NCBI GenBank assembly: GCA_964016885.1
Contig: OZ024747.1
Location: 75,268,001 to 75,332,000, forward strand
Direction: 5' to 3'
Source: Eledone cirrhosa
Lineage: Eukaryota
Length of the DNA: 64,000 bases
Shown here: one piece after another, positions 27,234-41,200 of the stretch
Position numbering within the stretch: the first letter of the stretch is position 1
How the letters are laid out: every line of letters starts with the position of its first letter
Notes under the pieces: model-generated
Seen by the model: the letters and a program-made list of their open reading frames with translations, nothing else
What the model was told of the DNA's origin: nothing
Databases searched by the model: none
Translations under genes and position numbers: made by a program

Positions 27234-27484
27234 GTATGGAAAACGAAGAATCAGTGATGCACCGGAACACAAATTTATTATGTATTGCAAATGTTTCTCC
27301 GGCGAACAGCTTGAGGTGCGATCTGTTTGTGAGTCGAACCTGGCTCTGGATTCGCAAGTTCCTCAGATACGTCTAGTGATTTCGAAGCAGATCATCTTTT
27401 CATATTATCATACTCTGCTCCGGAGGAGCATAGAGTGCTCAACCGGTATACTGCCTATGGATGCTTCCAAGCAACCTTACCACA
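27234..27484. mobile_element. Penelope-like fragment: degenerate long-stem-II hammerhead on the minus strand (27280-27372) plus + strand tail
   Basis: Minus: acgtat CTGAGGA ..gcgaa...ttcgc.. GAAA catttgca atacat; CpG-rich; bulged hairpin ACTC TGCTCC GGA GGAGCA TA GAGT at 27412-27436; follows (TA)n. Confidence 0.5.
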
Positions 27485-27664
27485 AATATATACACACACA
27501 CACAGCATTTGAACTCAAAACGTAAAGGACAATAACTCTGTGCTGCAAAACATAGTGTCTGACCCTCTACCGAAAGCACTATACATACCGAAGGTTCACA
27601 GAGATCTGCTCAGTAATGCACTGACAGCACTCAGTAAAAATATGACAAATGATAATATTAATAA

Positions 27665-27850
27665 TTATTTCTACTTTAGGCACAAGGCCAGCAATTATCC
27701 AGTGCATTACTGGTACTTTATTTTATCGGCACTGTAAGGATGAAAGGCAAAGTCAACCTCGGCGGGATTTGAACTCAGATCGTAAAGGGACGTAACTATG
27801 CTGGAAAGCATGGCGTCCGACCCTCTACCGATACTGCCAATCCACCGCCC
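27665..27850 (-). mobile_element. full-length tRNA-derived SINE (Meta-like)
   Basis: A and B boxes plus central domain; close match to 10249-10440. Confidence 0.9.
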
Positions 27851-28123
27851 TGGAGTTCATAATTGTTCATATTTCATAATTGTTCGCTAATCAATTGATT
27901 GCTGATATCTGAATATATGAAATATTGATCAATTACTGTTGACAATATTTTCCTATATTTCCCTGCTATTTGCTAATACTATCAGTGTTTCAATTTTATT
28001 AAAATACCATCACTACCATCTATTAATACCCTATAAATTAGAGAGACTTGGGGCTAGGGCGTCTGGAAAAATATTGAATTCCAACTTCATTTTTCCACCA
28101 AGATATTAGATTGGGAATATATA

Positions 28124-28368
28124 TCATCATCATCATCATCATCACCGTTTTACGTCCGTTCTTCCACGCTAGCATGGGTTAGACGGGTTGTCCTGTTGTG
28201 GGCAGTGTCTGGTCGGCTGACCATGCCTTGCTAATACAGGAACTGATCTGGCTTGATTTCTACAGCTGGATGCCCTTCCTAACACCAACCTCATTTACAG
28301 TGAGTGCTGGGTGCTTTTTCGTGGCGCCTACACGTCCACTTTACAGTGTGGGCTGGGTGCTTTTTTGC
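28124..28368 (-). mobile_element. RTE-tailed element (type B), truncated by microsatellite
   Basis: (CAT)n CACCGTTTTACGTCCGTTCTTCCACGCTAGCATGGG...; nearly identical to 34420-34585. Confidence 0.85.
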
Positions 28369-28483
28369 ATATATATATGTATGTGTGTGTGTGTGTATGT
28401 ATATATATATATATATATGTATGAGTGTGTGTATATATATATGTATGTGTGTGTGTATATATGTATGTATGTGTATATATATG

Positions 28484-28514
<31 letters not shown>

Positions 28515-28604
28515 ATATATGTATGTGTGTGTGTATATATGTATGTGTGTGTATATATATATGTATATATATATATGTGTGTGTGTATATATATGTGTGT
28601 ATAA

Positions 28605-28639
<35 letters not shown>

Positions 28640-28667
28640 TATGTGTGTGTGTATATATATATATGTA

Positions 28668-28706
<39 letters not shown>

Positions 28707-28730
28707 ATATATATATATACATGTATGTGT

Positions 28731-31700
28731 ATCATCATCATCATCATCATCAACGTTTAACGTCCGTGTTCCACGCTTGCATGGGTTTGGACGGGGGTAG
28801 TCCCACTTGAGGCAAGAGTGATTGTCTTGCTCGCATAGGACTGTCTGGCAGATTTTCTACAGTTGGATGCCCTTCCTAACACCAACCACATTTACAGTGT
28901 GGGTCTGGGAGGTTTTTACCGTGTTGCCTACACGGCCACATTACAGCGTGGACTGTGTGTTTTTTTGTCGTGACACCTACATGATCTCATTTGTTTCGGC
29001 CTACACGATCTCATTTGTTTCGGCCTGGATGGCGCGGCACCAACATAACTTTACATAGAACGGGGTGGTGTGGATGGGGTGGGGGTGGTGGTGGTGGGAC
29101 GGGGTGTATTTTGTTAGAGATGCCTACTGGCTGGAGTAGGTTTTACTATATATATTTAGGTAAGGCGGGTCTTCTCTGTTACTGAGTACCGCCAAAGGTC
29201 TCGGTCCAGTGACATTGTCTTGGAGAGGTGTAAGTGTGTGATGTCGGAGTTTATCAGCTCGTCCCAGGTTTTTCTAGGTCTGCCTATTCCGTGACTACCG
29301 TCTATCTTTATTGCCCTGCACTTTGTTATACAGCTATCGACTTTCATGCGCATCACGTGTCCATACCAACGTAGCCTTCTCTCGAGTAAACAACATCTGA
29401 TCCCTCTTATCTCTAATTTTTTCCTTAGTTCGTTTCTGCTTTGCCGTTCACGTATATTACTGTTACACATCCAGCGGAGCATGCAAGCTTCGTTCCTCTC
29501 TAGTCTGCGTATATCCTCTGCACACAATGCCCAGGTCTCACTGCCATGCAACATTGCTGTTCGTATGCAGGCATCGTACAACCTGCCTTTCATTTTTAGG
29601 GAGAACCCTTTAGCAGCTAATAGTGGTATAAGCTCTCTGAACTTTTTCCAACCAGTTCTGACTCTAGCTACAGTACTTTCAGAGCACCCTCCCCCACTGC
29701 TGATTTTATCGCCCAGGTAACGGAAGCTGTCCACTATTTCTATAGAACCCTCTGCGCAATTGAAAGAGCTAGTATTTTGTGGGCACTTGCTGCTACTTAT
29801 TGCACCAGAACACCGGCCACATGTAAAATCTATGTTCTTAGTTAGCTTACCTGTGATCCCACTACATCTTTTATGCACCCATACTTTGCATTTAGGACAT
29901 AAAATGGAGTTTCTACCTACGCCTTTCCTACACACCGAGCACGACCATTTCCCAGAAGGGACCGCCGCCTTGTTTCTTTCCTACAAACTAGAACTTTGGT
30001 CTTAGCCAGGTTAATTTTAAGTCCTTTTGACTCTAGGCCGTGCTTCCATGTTTGGAATTTCTTCTCTAGCTCGGCCATTGATTCCGCTATGAGTGTCAGG
30101 TCGTCTGCGTATAGGAGTTCCCATGGGCAGCCTGTCTTGAACTCCTCTGTTATAGCCTGAAGGGCAATAATAAATAGTAGGGGGCTGAGAACAGAGCCCT
30201 GATGGACGCCAACTTTTACGCTAAACTCTTCACTATATTCGTTGTTAATTCTAACCTTGCTGACCGTTTCTTTATACATGGCTTGTATAGCCCTCACAAG
30301 CCATTCGTCAACGCCTAGTTTTCTAAGAGCCCACCAGATAATGGAGCGGGGGACTCTGTCGAAGGCTTTCTCCAAGTCGACAAAAGCTAAGTAGAGGGGT
30401 TTACCCTTAGCTAGGTACTTCTCCTGTAGTTGTCGTACTATGAAAAGAGCGTCTGTGGTACTTTTGCCTGACACAAACCCGAACTGCATTTCATCTAGGT
30501 CAATTCTCTCTCTGATTAGTTGCGCTATTACTTTTTCCGTGACCTTCATGACTTGGTCGATTAATTTAATGCCTCTATAGTTACTCCTATCTAGGGCGTC
30601 TCCTTTACCCTTATAACAGTTAACGATGATGCTGCTATGCCAGTCCTTCGGAACAACCCCATTCTGTACGACTTGGTTAACTATGCGGGTGACCATGGTG
30701 TGTCCCACCGTGCCAGATGCCTTCAGCATCTCAGCAACTATTTCCGAAGGCCCAGTTGCCTTACCCGTCTTCATATCCTTGATTGCCTTACTTATTATAC
30801 TCCCCTCGACTAACACTGCTGGTCCCTCTATTGGGTCGATATGGGGGAGACTGTCTTGCTCCCATTTATTCTCCTCATTTAGTAGCCTTTCATAGTGACA
30901 CTTCCAAGCTACCTTCTTATCAGTGTCGGTGATGGCAAGTATGCCATCATCGTTAAGTACACACTTCTCCGACAATATCACGGTTTTCCTTGACGCATTG
31001 CCTAGCAATCCTGAACACCTCACGTTTTTGGTCATCGCGTTGTAGAACATGCTTGAACTTTCTTTCCTCAGCTTCCCTTCTTGCTAAGTACACTTCTCTC
31101 CTAGCTTCCCTCCTGGTCACTTGATAGTCTACTCTACTTCACCCATCCCGCCATACTTTCCAAGCCTGCTTTTTGGCCTTAATTGACCCCTCCACCTTAC
31201 TGTTCCACCACCATGTTACTCTCCTCCTGCCTACAGGCCTGCTCCAGCCACAGACTTCGTCTGTCGCCAACAGCAGGTTTGCTTTCAGAAATTCCCACTG
31301 TCCCTCTATATTGTCCGACTCTAAATGTTCTTCCTTACTGTCGAAAGCATCAAGAAATATGCTTTGAAATTTATTTCTGGCTGTGGGGTCCTTTAGCTTC
31401 CATATTTTTCTCCTGAGGATAGTCCTCTCCTGCTGTCGAGTACGTCTCGTCCTGACTATGAGGTCGCTAATTATCAGTCTATGTTGGGAGGTGCATTCTT
31501 CATGGGGGAGGGATTTAGTGTTTACAACAGACACTCTGTCACGTCTTCTGGTAAGGATATAATCTACCTGGTTTGTGTGTTCCCCGGATCTATAGGTGAT
31601 CAGGTGATTGTCACGTTCTTTGAAGTTAGTGTTACAGATAGTTAGGTTATTTGCATCACAGAATTCCAGGATTCTGGAGCCTTCCTCATTTCTAGTACCA

Positions 31701-31844
31701 AACCCATAGCCTCCATGGATTTCGTCGTAGCCGTCACAATGTTGTCCAACGTGACCATTTAGGTCGCCTGCAATAATTATATAGTCACTGTCAGATATTT
31801 GGGAGGTAGTTAGCAACAGTGTCTCATAGAATCTGTCTTTTATA

Positions 31845-31846
<2 letters not shown>
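28731..31846 (-). mobile_element. RTE-clade LINE, 5'-truncated and disrupted (APE endonuclease + RT + PHD-like finger + C-terminus + 3' UTR)
   Basis: APE motifs IIAGDLNGHVG, VDYIL, SQHRL (31139-31846); RT motifs NYRGIKL, QFGF, FVDLEKAFD, GVHQGSVLSP, YADD (29917-31050); premature stop at 31139 and frameshifts near 31060, 30970, 29970; (GAT)n tail at 28731. Confidence 0.97.
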
Positions 31847-31880
<34 letters not shown>

Positions 31881-32531
31881 TTGTGTGTGTATATATATAT
31901 ATACATGTATGTGTATATATATATATATACATGTATGTGTGTGTATATGTATGTATGTGTGTGTGTATATATATATATATGTATCTATATGTATCTATAT
32001 GTATCTATATGTATATATATGTATCTATATGTATATAAATATGTATCTATATGTATATAAATATGTATCTATATGTATATATATATGTATATATATGTAT
32101 TTATATGTATATATATATGTATTTATATGTATATATATATGTATATTTATATGTATGTATATGTATATATTTAAATTATTAACCCTTCTTACTCTCTCCA
32201 TCTTTGATACTGTTAATTACTTCATTATTGATTATTATTATTTTTAATGCAATTAAATATGAATTGAAATTCAATGATTTGAGTTTATATACACATGTGT
32301 ATATTTATATATATACACACACATATATGTATATATATATATATATATATATACATATATATTGTATATTGTATATATACACACACATATATATATATAC
32401 ATATATACACACATACATTATATATCTTTCACACACACATATACATTTATATATATATATATATATATATACACCATTATATATATATATATATATATAT
32501 ATACACCATTATATATATATATATATACACC

Positions 32532-32608
<77 letters not shown>

Positions 32609-32928
32609 CATTATATATATATATATATATATATATGTATACACCATTATCGTCTACACCATTATCGTAAATGTATGTCATATATATTTTTTGTTCCCTT
32701 CATTAATTGCGAGAGTGTTGTACTTTATTTCCTCGTTAGATCAATTAGGGTTTTATTTCATTTTATTTTTTTAAATAAAAGAAAAGAAACAAAGAAACAT
32801 TTTTATTGGAAATACATCAATAAGTGTTGACATCCTCATTGATGTTATTGCATGATACTACCTTGAAATTCTTGTCACTTATTTGTATCGTGTGTATGCG
32901 TATATATATATATATATATATATTTATA

Positions 32929-32959
<31 letters not shown>

Positions 32960-33120
32960 GTGTGTGTGTGTGTATGTATATATATGTATATATATATATA
33001 TGTATATATATATATGCGTATCTATATATATGTATATATATGTATATATATGTATATATATATATGTATATATATATATGTATATATATATATGTATATA
33101 TATATATGTATATATATATG

Positions 33121-33151
<31 letters not shown>

Positions 33152-33194
33152 GTATATATATATATGTATATATATATATGTATATATATATATG

Positions 33195-33325
<131 letters not shown>

Positions 33326-33468
33326 GTATATATATATATGTATATATATATATGTATATATATATATGTATATATATATATCTATGTATATATATGTATA
33401 TATATATGTATATATATATATGCATATATATATATATATGTATATATATATATGTATATATATATATG

Positions 33469-33499
<31 letters not shown>

Positions 33500-33584
33500 G
33501 TATATATATATATGTATGTATATATATATATATATATGTATGTATATATATATGCGTATATATATATGTATATATATATATATA

Positions 33585-33707
33585 TCGAAACAGCTTGAGC
33601 TCAGCCATCGGGGTCCTACTCGTTCCTATTACCCACTCTACTACCCTAAGTATTGAGTACTTTCGTGCGTTATCGTCCACATGGTTCCTTACCCCATTTC
33701 CTTCGTT
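33585..33707 (+). mobile_element. Penelope-like 3' terminus inside (TA)n
   Basis: Starts CGAAAC; ACTCTACTACCCTAAGTATTGAGTAC; homologous to 44131-44317 on the opposite strand. Confidence 0.6.
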
Positions 33708-33780
33708 ATATATATATATATGTATATATATATATGTATATGTATATATATATCTATGTATGTATATATATATGTATATA

Positions 33781-33875
<95 letters not shown>

Positions 33876-34096
33876 GTATATATATATATGTATATATATA
33901 TATGTATATATATATGTGTATATATATATATGTGTATATATATGTGTATATATATGTGTATATATATATGTATATATATATGTGTATATATATATATGTG
34001 TATATATATATGTATATATATATGTATATATATATATGTATATATATATATGTATATATATATATATGTATATATATATATGTATGTATATATATG

Positions 34097-34182
34097 TCCC
34101 ACTTGCCTCAAGTGGGACTACCCCCGTCCAAACCCATGCAAGCGTGGAACACGGACGTTAAACGTTGATGATGATGATGATG
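34097..34182 (+). mobile_element. extreme 3' stub of the RTE LINE
   Basis: Reverse complement of about 28734-28815, with (GAT)n tail and a small 5' fold-back TCCCACTTG..CAAGTGGGA. Confidence 0.9.
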
Positions 34183-34231
34183 TATATATATATATGTATG
34201 TATATGTATATATATATATGTATGTATATGT

Positions 34232-34285
<54 letters not shown>

Positions 34286-34318
34286 GTATATATATATATG
34301 TATGTATATATGTGTATG

Positions 34319-34355
<37 letters not shown>

Positions 34356-34419
34356 GTATATATATGTATATATATATATGAATATATATGTTTATATATG
34401 TATTTATATATGTATATAT

Positions 34420-34585
34420 CATCATCATCATCATCACCGTTTTACGTCCGTTCTTCCACGCTAGCATGGGTTAGACGGGTTGTCCTGTTGTGTGCAGTGT
34501 CTGGTCGGCTGACCATGCCTTGCTCATACAGGAACTGATCTGGCTTGATTTCTACAGCTGGATGCCCTTCCTAACACCAACCACC
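34420..34585 (-). mobile_element. RTE-tailed element (type B) 3' part
   Basis: Near-identical to 28124-28290. Confidence 0.88.
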
Positions 34586-34606
34586 ATTCCATATATATAT
34601 GTATAT

Positions 34607-35105
34607 ATGGAACAGCAACATCACAACTTACAATTAAGGACAAAATGAAAACACACACACACACATAGAACAAACAACCAACCAGTAACATGTAAATAAA
34701 CAAATAAATAAATGAACATAAACACACACAGACACCCGGATGTGGCGCATGCGCAGACTGAGCACACAACACACACACAGAAACAAAATGGCGTAGGACA
34801 GAACAAAGGAGAGGCACAGAAACAAAGAAAGGAATCCCCAGTCACTGAAGAGGTCACAGAGTGTGTGACGAAAGAACTATGACTATATATAAGCAACTAT
34901 CTGGTTGTGGAACCAACCAACCAACCAACCAACCAGAAATTTATAAATTTATAAACTTATAAATTTATAAATATATAAGAAATTGAAGTGAAAGCAACTG
35001 GTGCGTGTGTTTCTTATTGGCAACATGACCCTCCCAAAGTATAACAATATCGGTTTCAACACACAATTTCAGATAAAGGATCTTGCTAAACAAATTCAGA
35101 AACGA
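34607..35105 (+). mobile_element. Penelope-like pLTR region
   Basis: A/C-rich leader, hammerhead at 34840-34884, (CCAA)n, then ATGACCCTCCCAAAGTATAAC (MTLPKYN) also seen at about 11200-11222 on the minus strand; bounded by (TA)n. Confidence 0.65.
34840..34884 (+). ncRNA. minimal type I hammerhead ribozyme motif
   Basis: agtca CTGAAGA g gtcaca gagtg tgtgac GAAA gaac TA tgact; perfect 5-bp stem I, 6-bp stem II, 2-bp stem III, CUA triplet. Confidence 0.75.
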
Positions 35106-35384
35106 TATATATATATTTATATATATATATATGTTTGGTATTATCTCTCTCTCTCTCTCTCCATCTTTCTGTACGTACACACAAACAGATATAGGCACAC
35201 ACTCACACATTTAGTTTGGATGCGTGCCATGGTGTAGAAATGTGTATTTTTCAGTTACTCCTTCCTAAGTAATGCAATGTTTTCCTGAATTACTCTTGTA
35301 TTATGACATAATTTTGTCATTGGACAATTTACAGTTGAAACTTCAGCTTTTAAGATAAATTTGATGGAGTATAGCTGTGATATG

Positions 35385-35560
35385 ATAATCTTGTAACTCC
35401 TGTTGGAGCCAATCATAGGGGCACTGTATGACATACAGCATTTCTAGGGCTTTTTAAGGCCTGTCGGAGCCCATCTCCTATCTATGTCTGAATCCAGCAG
35501 ATTTCTTCCGGAGAAATATTGGAAGTGAGAATATTGGAAGAGATATATATAGGAAGAATC
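35385..35560. repeat. unclassified interspersed repeat (second copy at about 52295-52456)
   Basis: Shared TAACTCCTG..GGAGC, CTGAAT.CAGCAGATTTCTTCC.GAGAA and ATAGGAAGAAT. Confidence 0.6.
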
Positions 35561-35561
35561 T

Positions 35562-35712
35562 ACCCCAGTACGAGACTGGTACTTTTTTTTAATCGACCTC
35601 GAATGGACGAAAGGCAAAGTTGACCTTCGTAGGATTTGAACTCAGAGAGCAGAGAGCTGAAGCAAATACCACAAAACATTCTATCCTGCGTTCTAATGAC
35701 TGCCAATTTACC
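35562..35712 (-). mobile_element. tRNA-derived SINE (Meta-like), diverged
   Basis: GAAAGGCAAAGTTGACC...GGATTTGAACTCAG. Confidence 0.75.
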
Positions 35713-37311
35713 GGAGTATAGTTACAAATCCTAATTGTTTGTTTACTTATTTTTTTATTATTCATATCTAATGAAAACCGAGCATGAGATTCTGAGATGT
35801 TCATACATTTATTCAATACATTGATATGTAAGTAACCATGAAATGTCTATAGCCATGTTTCAAAGTGGACTCTGCAGCATTCCTGTAGCTAAACAGGTTT
35901 ATACTTTCATCATGCTCTTGTAGAAATAATATTAAGTGATTAAGTTACATTGAGGTGTTGGATTGCAAATCTGATGGTATTGGGCATTATAAACAGTAAT
36001 TTGCACCTTTTACTTCTCTTTCAAATTGAGCTTTATAATGTCTAATATAATTTACATTGAAATCTCTTAATCTTCAATTTATAACTTGCATGTCTGCTGT
36101 TTAAGTTTTGCTCACATGATTTAAGTTAATTTGGCAGTAACTAAAAGGTTATCTGATTAGCATTAAGAGGACCCCCCCTCTCCCCCTCTCTATTGATGGT
36201 ATTAACATGTATCAATATTTGATAATATACAAGGAGTTATGAAGTTTGTTCATCAATTGAAAGTTAAGTGTTTCTTCCATAGATTTATACAATTTCTACA
36301 TTGTGTGTGTACGTGTGTATATATATTTATATATATATATGTATACACACTATCCAGCCAATTGACAGGGTTGTTACATTATATAGAAGGCTTTGTTTTA
36401 TTTATGTTTTTCTGTGGTCTAAGGTTCAAATCCCACCAAGGTTAACTTTACCTTTCATCCTTTCAATCGTTCATCAACTACATATCGATATATATCATCT
36501 TCATTGCTGTTTAACATCCATTTTTACATGCTCACAGTATACTCAGCTGAAAATGAGTACCAGTAATAGCTTGGGAGAGGGTTAACTCTGTGATGGACTG
36601 GTGTCCTATACAGGGGGAGTCTTGTACTCTGTCAGTTCATGTCTATGGGCTCGATACAGTGATACAGACTATATATATATATATATATATATATACAAAC
36701 TATAAAGGAAATATAATGTATTCAGAAACTCATAATATGATTTTATATTAAACATGTTTACTATTGTTTTATATTTTTCTGTTTCTATATTTTTTATAGA
36801 ACTTCTGTATCTTCTATGTTATTTTTTGTTTTATCTCCCCCACCCCATTTTGTTTCAACTCATTTTCATTTTATTTAGTTCCTTCGTCACTAAAAACAAA
36901 CCCTGCAAATAACCTTCATATTAGCATCACAGATGACGCTTCTAGTTATTATGTCCTTACTTTTGCACTGAGAAAAAAAAACCCTATAAAATTATAGTGC
37001 TCATATTTTACATGTTAGCATGTAAGCAACTGAGAAAGCAAATGTGTGCACTATGTATGTATATATGTATGTGTGTATGTATATATGTGAGCAGGGTAAT
37101 ATATTTTGGGCAAATTTTCTCCCTATATTTTAGTTAGTTTTATTTATGCTCATAATAGTGCATTCATCCCATGGCCTTATTTGCTCTGATTGTGCTGTGT
37201 TCTCATTGAAAGATCTATTGGCACAACATTGACCATTTCCTGCCCTTATAATTGGCCTTCAGTTGGTCCAGATGTTTGAAGTATAGGATTTCTATACACA
37301 CTTTCTTTCAG

Positions 37312-37466
37312 ATGATCCCACAAAAGGAAGCCTCAACAATTCAGATCAGGGCACAACACAGGCCATGGGTTCCGGTTTGGCAGAGAGAAGGACCAAACCT
37401 GCCGCTTCTCCAGCAGGCAACAGAGGCAAATGTCAACACTTTGAGGGATTACAACTTCCTGAATGA
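37312..37466 (+). CDS. candidate alternative terminal exon (phase 1), unverified
   Basis: CTTTCTTTCAG acceptor; GC-rich unique sequence; frame (D)DPTKGSLNNSDQGTTQAMGSGLAERRTKP...LQLPE*; followed by AT-rich UTR-like DNA. Confidence 0.3.
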
Positions 37467-39979
37467 ACCACAGACGAGCTTTTGTCAATGTCTATGTCTT
37501 CGTCTGGTAGCTGGCTAAAGCTTCCTTATCACCACTCACACAAACAACTACCCTTTTGATGCCACTCAGTGTTGCTGTTAAATATGAAGAAGACTGGATT
37601 TCTTATACAGCCTTAACTTAACTTAGTGCACTTAACACTATATAATAATAATAATAATGATAATAAGAACAATAAATAAGAAATAATAACCTTCTGCATG
37701 CCAAAAGAACATTATTGATGGTCTTGTATCTGTAATGTCTGACATTATTCAATATTTGGTGGTTGACTTCTTAACATTGAAAACCATCAATGTCAGAAAG
37801 TTTTCATTTAATTAATTTATGCAGAAGTTATTACCTTTTTGGGGGCATTTGACCTAGTAATCATGGACTAATATCTCCTACACATACACACACACTCACA
37901 CACACAGAGGGATTTCTCTTTTTCTCATATTTAAATGCCATATCAATCCATTTGATAAGCAAAATAAATCAAAACAAAAAAGAAGAAAAAATATGAATGG
38001 AACAGAAACTGAGTCAAAAGTGCTGACTAATGGATTGAACACACACACACACACAAATACATATATGTGTGTGTATATATATACATATACATATATATAT
38101 ATATGTATACACATGTATATGCATGTGTGTTACACACATTTATTTAAATACATATATATATGTTTGTATGTGTGCATATATATATATATCCACACACAAT
38201 CACACATGCATATGTGTGTATATATATATGTACACACATGCATATGTGTGTACATATATATATATGTGTGTGTGTGTACATATATATATATATATGTGCG
38301 TGTGTACATATATATATAGATATACACACACATATATATATACATGCATATGCCTGCATGTTACACACAAATATATATATATATAATATATATGTGTATA
38401 TATATATATATATATGCATGCATGTTGCATGCGAACATGATGTACATCATTTGCAACGTAATGCATGTCACAGTAACTTATGGCTTGTTAAAGTTGTCAT
38501 GAAAGTAGAGTTAATGGAGATAATAGTCCACATTTATGTAGATCAAAGGAAAATATATTTAAAAAAAAAGAATTAAATCAATTGAAAAAAAAAAAATTTC
38601 ATCAGCTGTTCATTATTATTATTATTATCATTGTTTTTTTTATCTTGGCTTTTTACACCAATATCTCAGATTTTTATGTTATATATATATATAACATCCA
38701 TGTTTTAACAAATACAAAAGTAATCTTTCGTCAAAACGAACCAGTTTTAGAATTAGAAAAAAATCCAAAGCAATAAACATATTTTTTTTTCTATTCAAGA
38801 AACATTCAAATTTATAATTAATTATAATCTTACATTTTAGTTAATATATTGTTAACTAGCGATATGTTTTTATTAATTCATTTTTGTAAAATGTTATTGT
38901 TCACTTCTATAAATTTAGGTTGTTACTCAATATAGTACCATCTTTTAACATCACTGGATATCATTTTTTTAAACTAACTGGTGAATACAGTTATCCTCAT
39001 TATTAATTATTATATTAGATTACATACATTAATGAGTTTTATTAGTGAGGTTTTCAAAAAAAAAAAAAAGGTATTTTCTGTGGCGCTTTTTGTTATTTTT
39101 CCTCTGCTTATCACCCCCCCCCCCCTACCTGCTTCCCCACCCCACCTTATGATCTTTCTATGGTTTGTTAATTTTATATTTATAATAGAAAGAAATATAG
39201 TTCTTGTTGTTGTTGTTGTCGAACTATTGAAGTTTTATTAATATATTTTTAAATAAACGGAAGCTGTTAGTAATATTTATTTAAAATTAAAAATACAAAA
39301 AAACACAGTAAAGTTTTTTGCCCAATATTTTATGAAATGACATTATGAGTTTGATTTTATTTAAGATTAATATTGATTAACCATCAATTAATTCATGAGC
39401 AATAAAATATCTTTTAAAATAATACAGTCTCTGCTTTATACCAATGTATGCTTATTTAAACTATCAGATTTGTTTTATTATTAATTCTATCATGATAAAC
39501 CATTTAAGAGAAAAAAAACAAAAAAAAAAACAAAAAAAATAGATGCCAGTAAACATATCGTTACCTAATGCAGATATTTGTTAAATTAACTAAAATAGTA
39601 AAATGCAGTTGTGAGCTTTTGAAATAAATCATTTCTAATTTTTCTAATGCGACTTTATCTCCGTTTTCAAAAAAACATTTTATATTTAAAAAAAAAAAGC
39701 GAAACAAAAACCCAAAACAAAGAAAAAAGTACAAATAACCATTCCTTTAAGTTCTCGTTTGTCTCTTTTTATCCTCATTCAAATTGTATCTATTCCTTTG
39801 TCCTGCTCTGTGAAGATACTAGGTTAAACCAACCAAAATCAGACCAAATGTTGTACCAATGCTTTTAATTTGATATTGTCATAGAGATAGTAAATAATAT
39901 ACTTTGATAGATGCCTGAAAGTTAAGTAAATCTACTTATGATGAATTGCCCTCAGAGGCTACAAATAAATATAGAAAAT

Positions 39980-40030
<51 letters not shown>

Positions 40031-40039
40031 AGAACATAG

Positions 40040-40850
40040 ATGAAGATGCGTTGTGGTTTGTGTTCTAACTCTTTATATCCTCAGTTCAACTACCACTAAG
40101 GTCAACTTTGTCTTTATCCTTCCAAGGTTAATAAATTATAGTACCAGTCAAGTACTGGGAGGTTTATTTAATCAACTTTAACATTTCCCCCCCTCTCCAA
40201 ATTTGCTGGCCTTGTGCCTAAGATAGAAATCATCATTATTATTATTATTTTTATTATTGTTATTATTGTTATTATCATCATTAGGACTGGATTGGTAGAA
40301 TTGTTAAAGTGTTGGACAAAAATGCCTTGTAGTAATTTTCCATCTCTTTGTGTTGTGAGTTCAAATCCTGCCGAGGTCAGCTTTGCCTTTCATCCTTATG
40401 TGGTCGATAAAATAAAGTACCAGTAATGCACTGGGGTTGATTTAATCAACTATTCCCTCCCCTAAAATTGTTGGCCTTGTGCCTAACTCAGAAAACATTA
40501 TTATTACCGTTAGGACTGGATTGGCAGAACTGTTAAAGTGTTGGACAAAATGTAGTATTTTTTCCATCTCTTTGTGTTGTGAGTTCAAATTCTGCCGAGC
40601 TCAGCTTTGCCTTTCATCCCTCAATAGGAGTCAATAAGATAAAGCACCAGTAATACCAGTTGATTTAATTGACTTTCCCCTCTTCCAAAATTGTTGGCCT
40701 TGTGCCTAAATCAGAAACCATTATTATTATTAGTGGTGGAGTGGACAAAATGTCGCAATGGCCGACTTTATATGTCATCCTTCCAGGATTTGATAAATAG
40801 CAGTAAAATACTGAGGTTGATATAGTTAACTGTTCCCTCCATGTGCTACC
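40040..40850 (+). mobile_element. head-to-tail array of about 4 tRNA-SINE copies separated by (ATT)n tails
   Basis: Units start at about 40283 and 40512 (GGACTGGATTGG..AGAA), each with GAGTTCAAAT B box, central domain and GGCCTTGTGCC; degenerate copies before and after. Confidence 0.88.
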
Positions 40851-41165
40851 ACCACCACCACTACTACTACTACTACTAGAAAGATAGAGATATAACTAAC
40901 TATGCATGATTAAAAAAGTGTTGTATTTGCTGGAAATATTGAATAATAACAATAATATATATAATTGAACAAAGAAGCAAATAAACCCTATATTTGGCTA
41001 GATTTATTCGTTGATTCACCCACTGAAAAGGAACAACCCTAAAGCAATAAAAAAACAAAAATTGCCCTGAATGGCAATAAGTTATTTTTCTTATCAATGT
41101 ATTTCTTATTTGAATGTTGTATAGCGTTAGTAAGCCATGACAGACTAAGAGAGGGTATCTAATGC

Positions 41166-41194
<29 letters not shown>

Positions 41195-41200
<6 letters not shown>

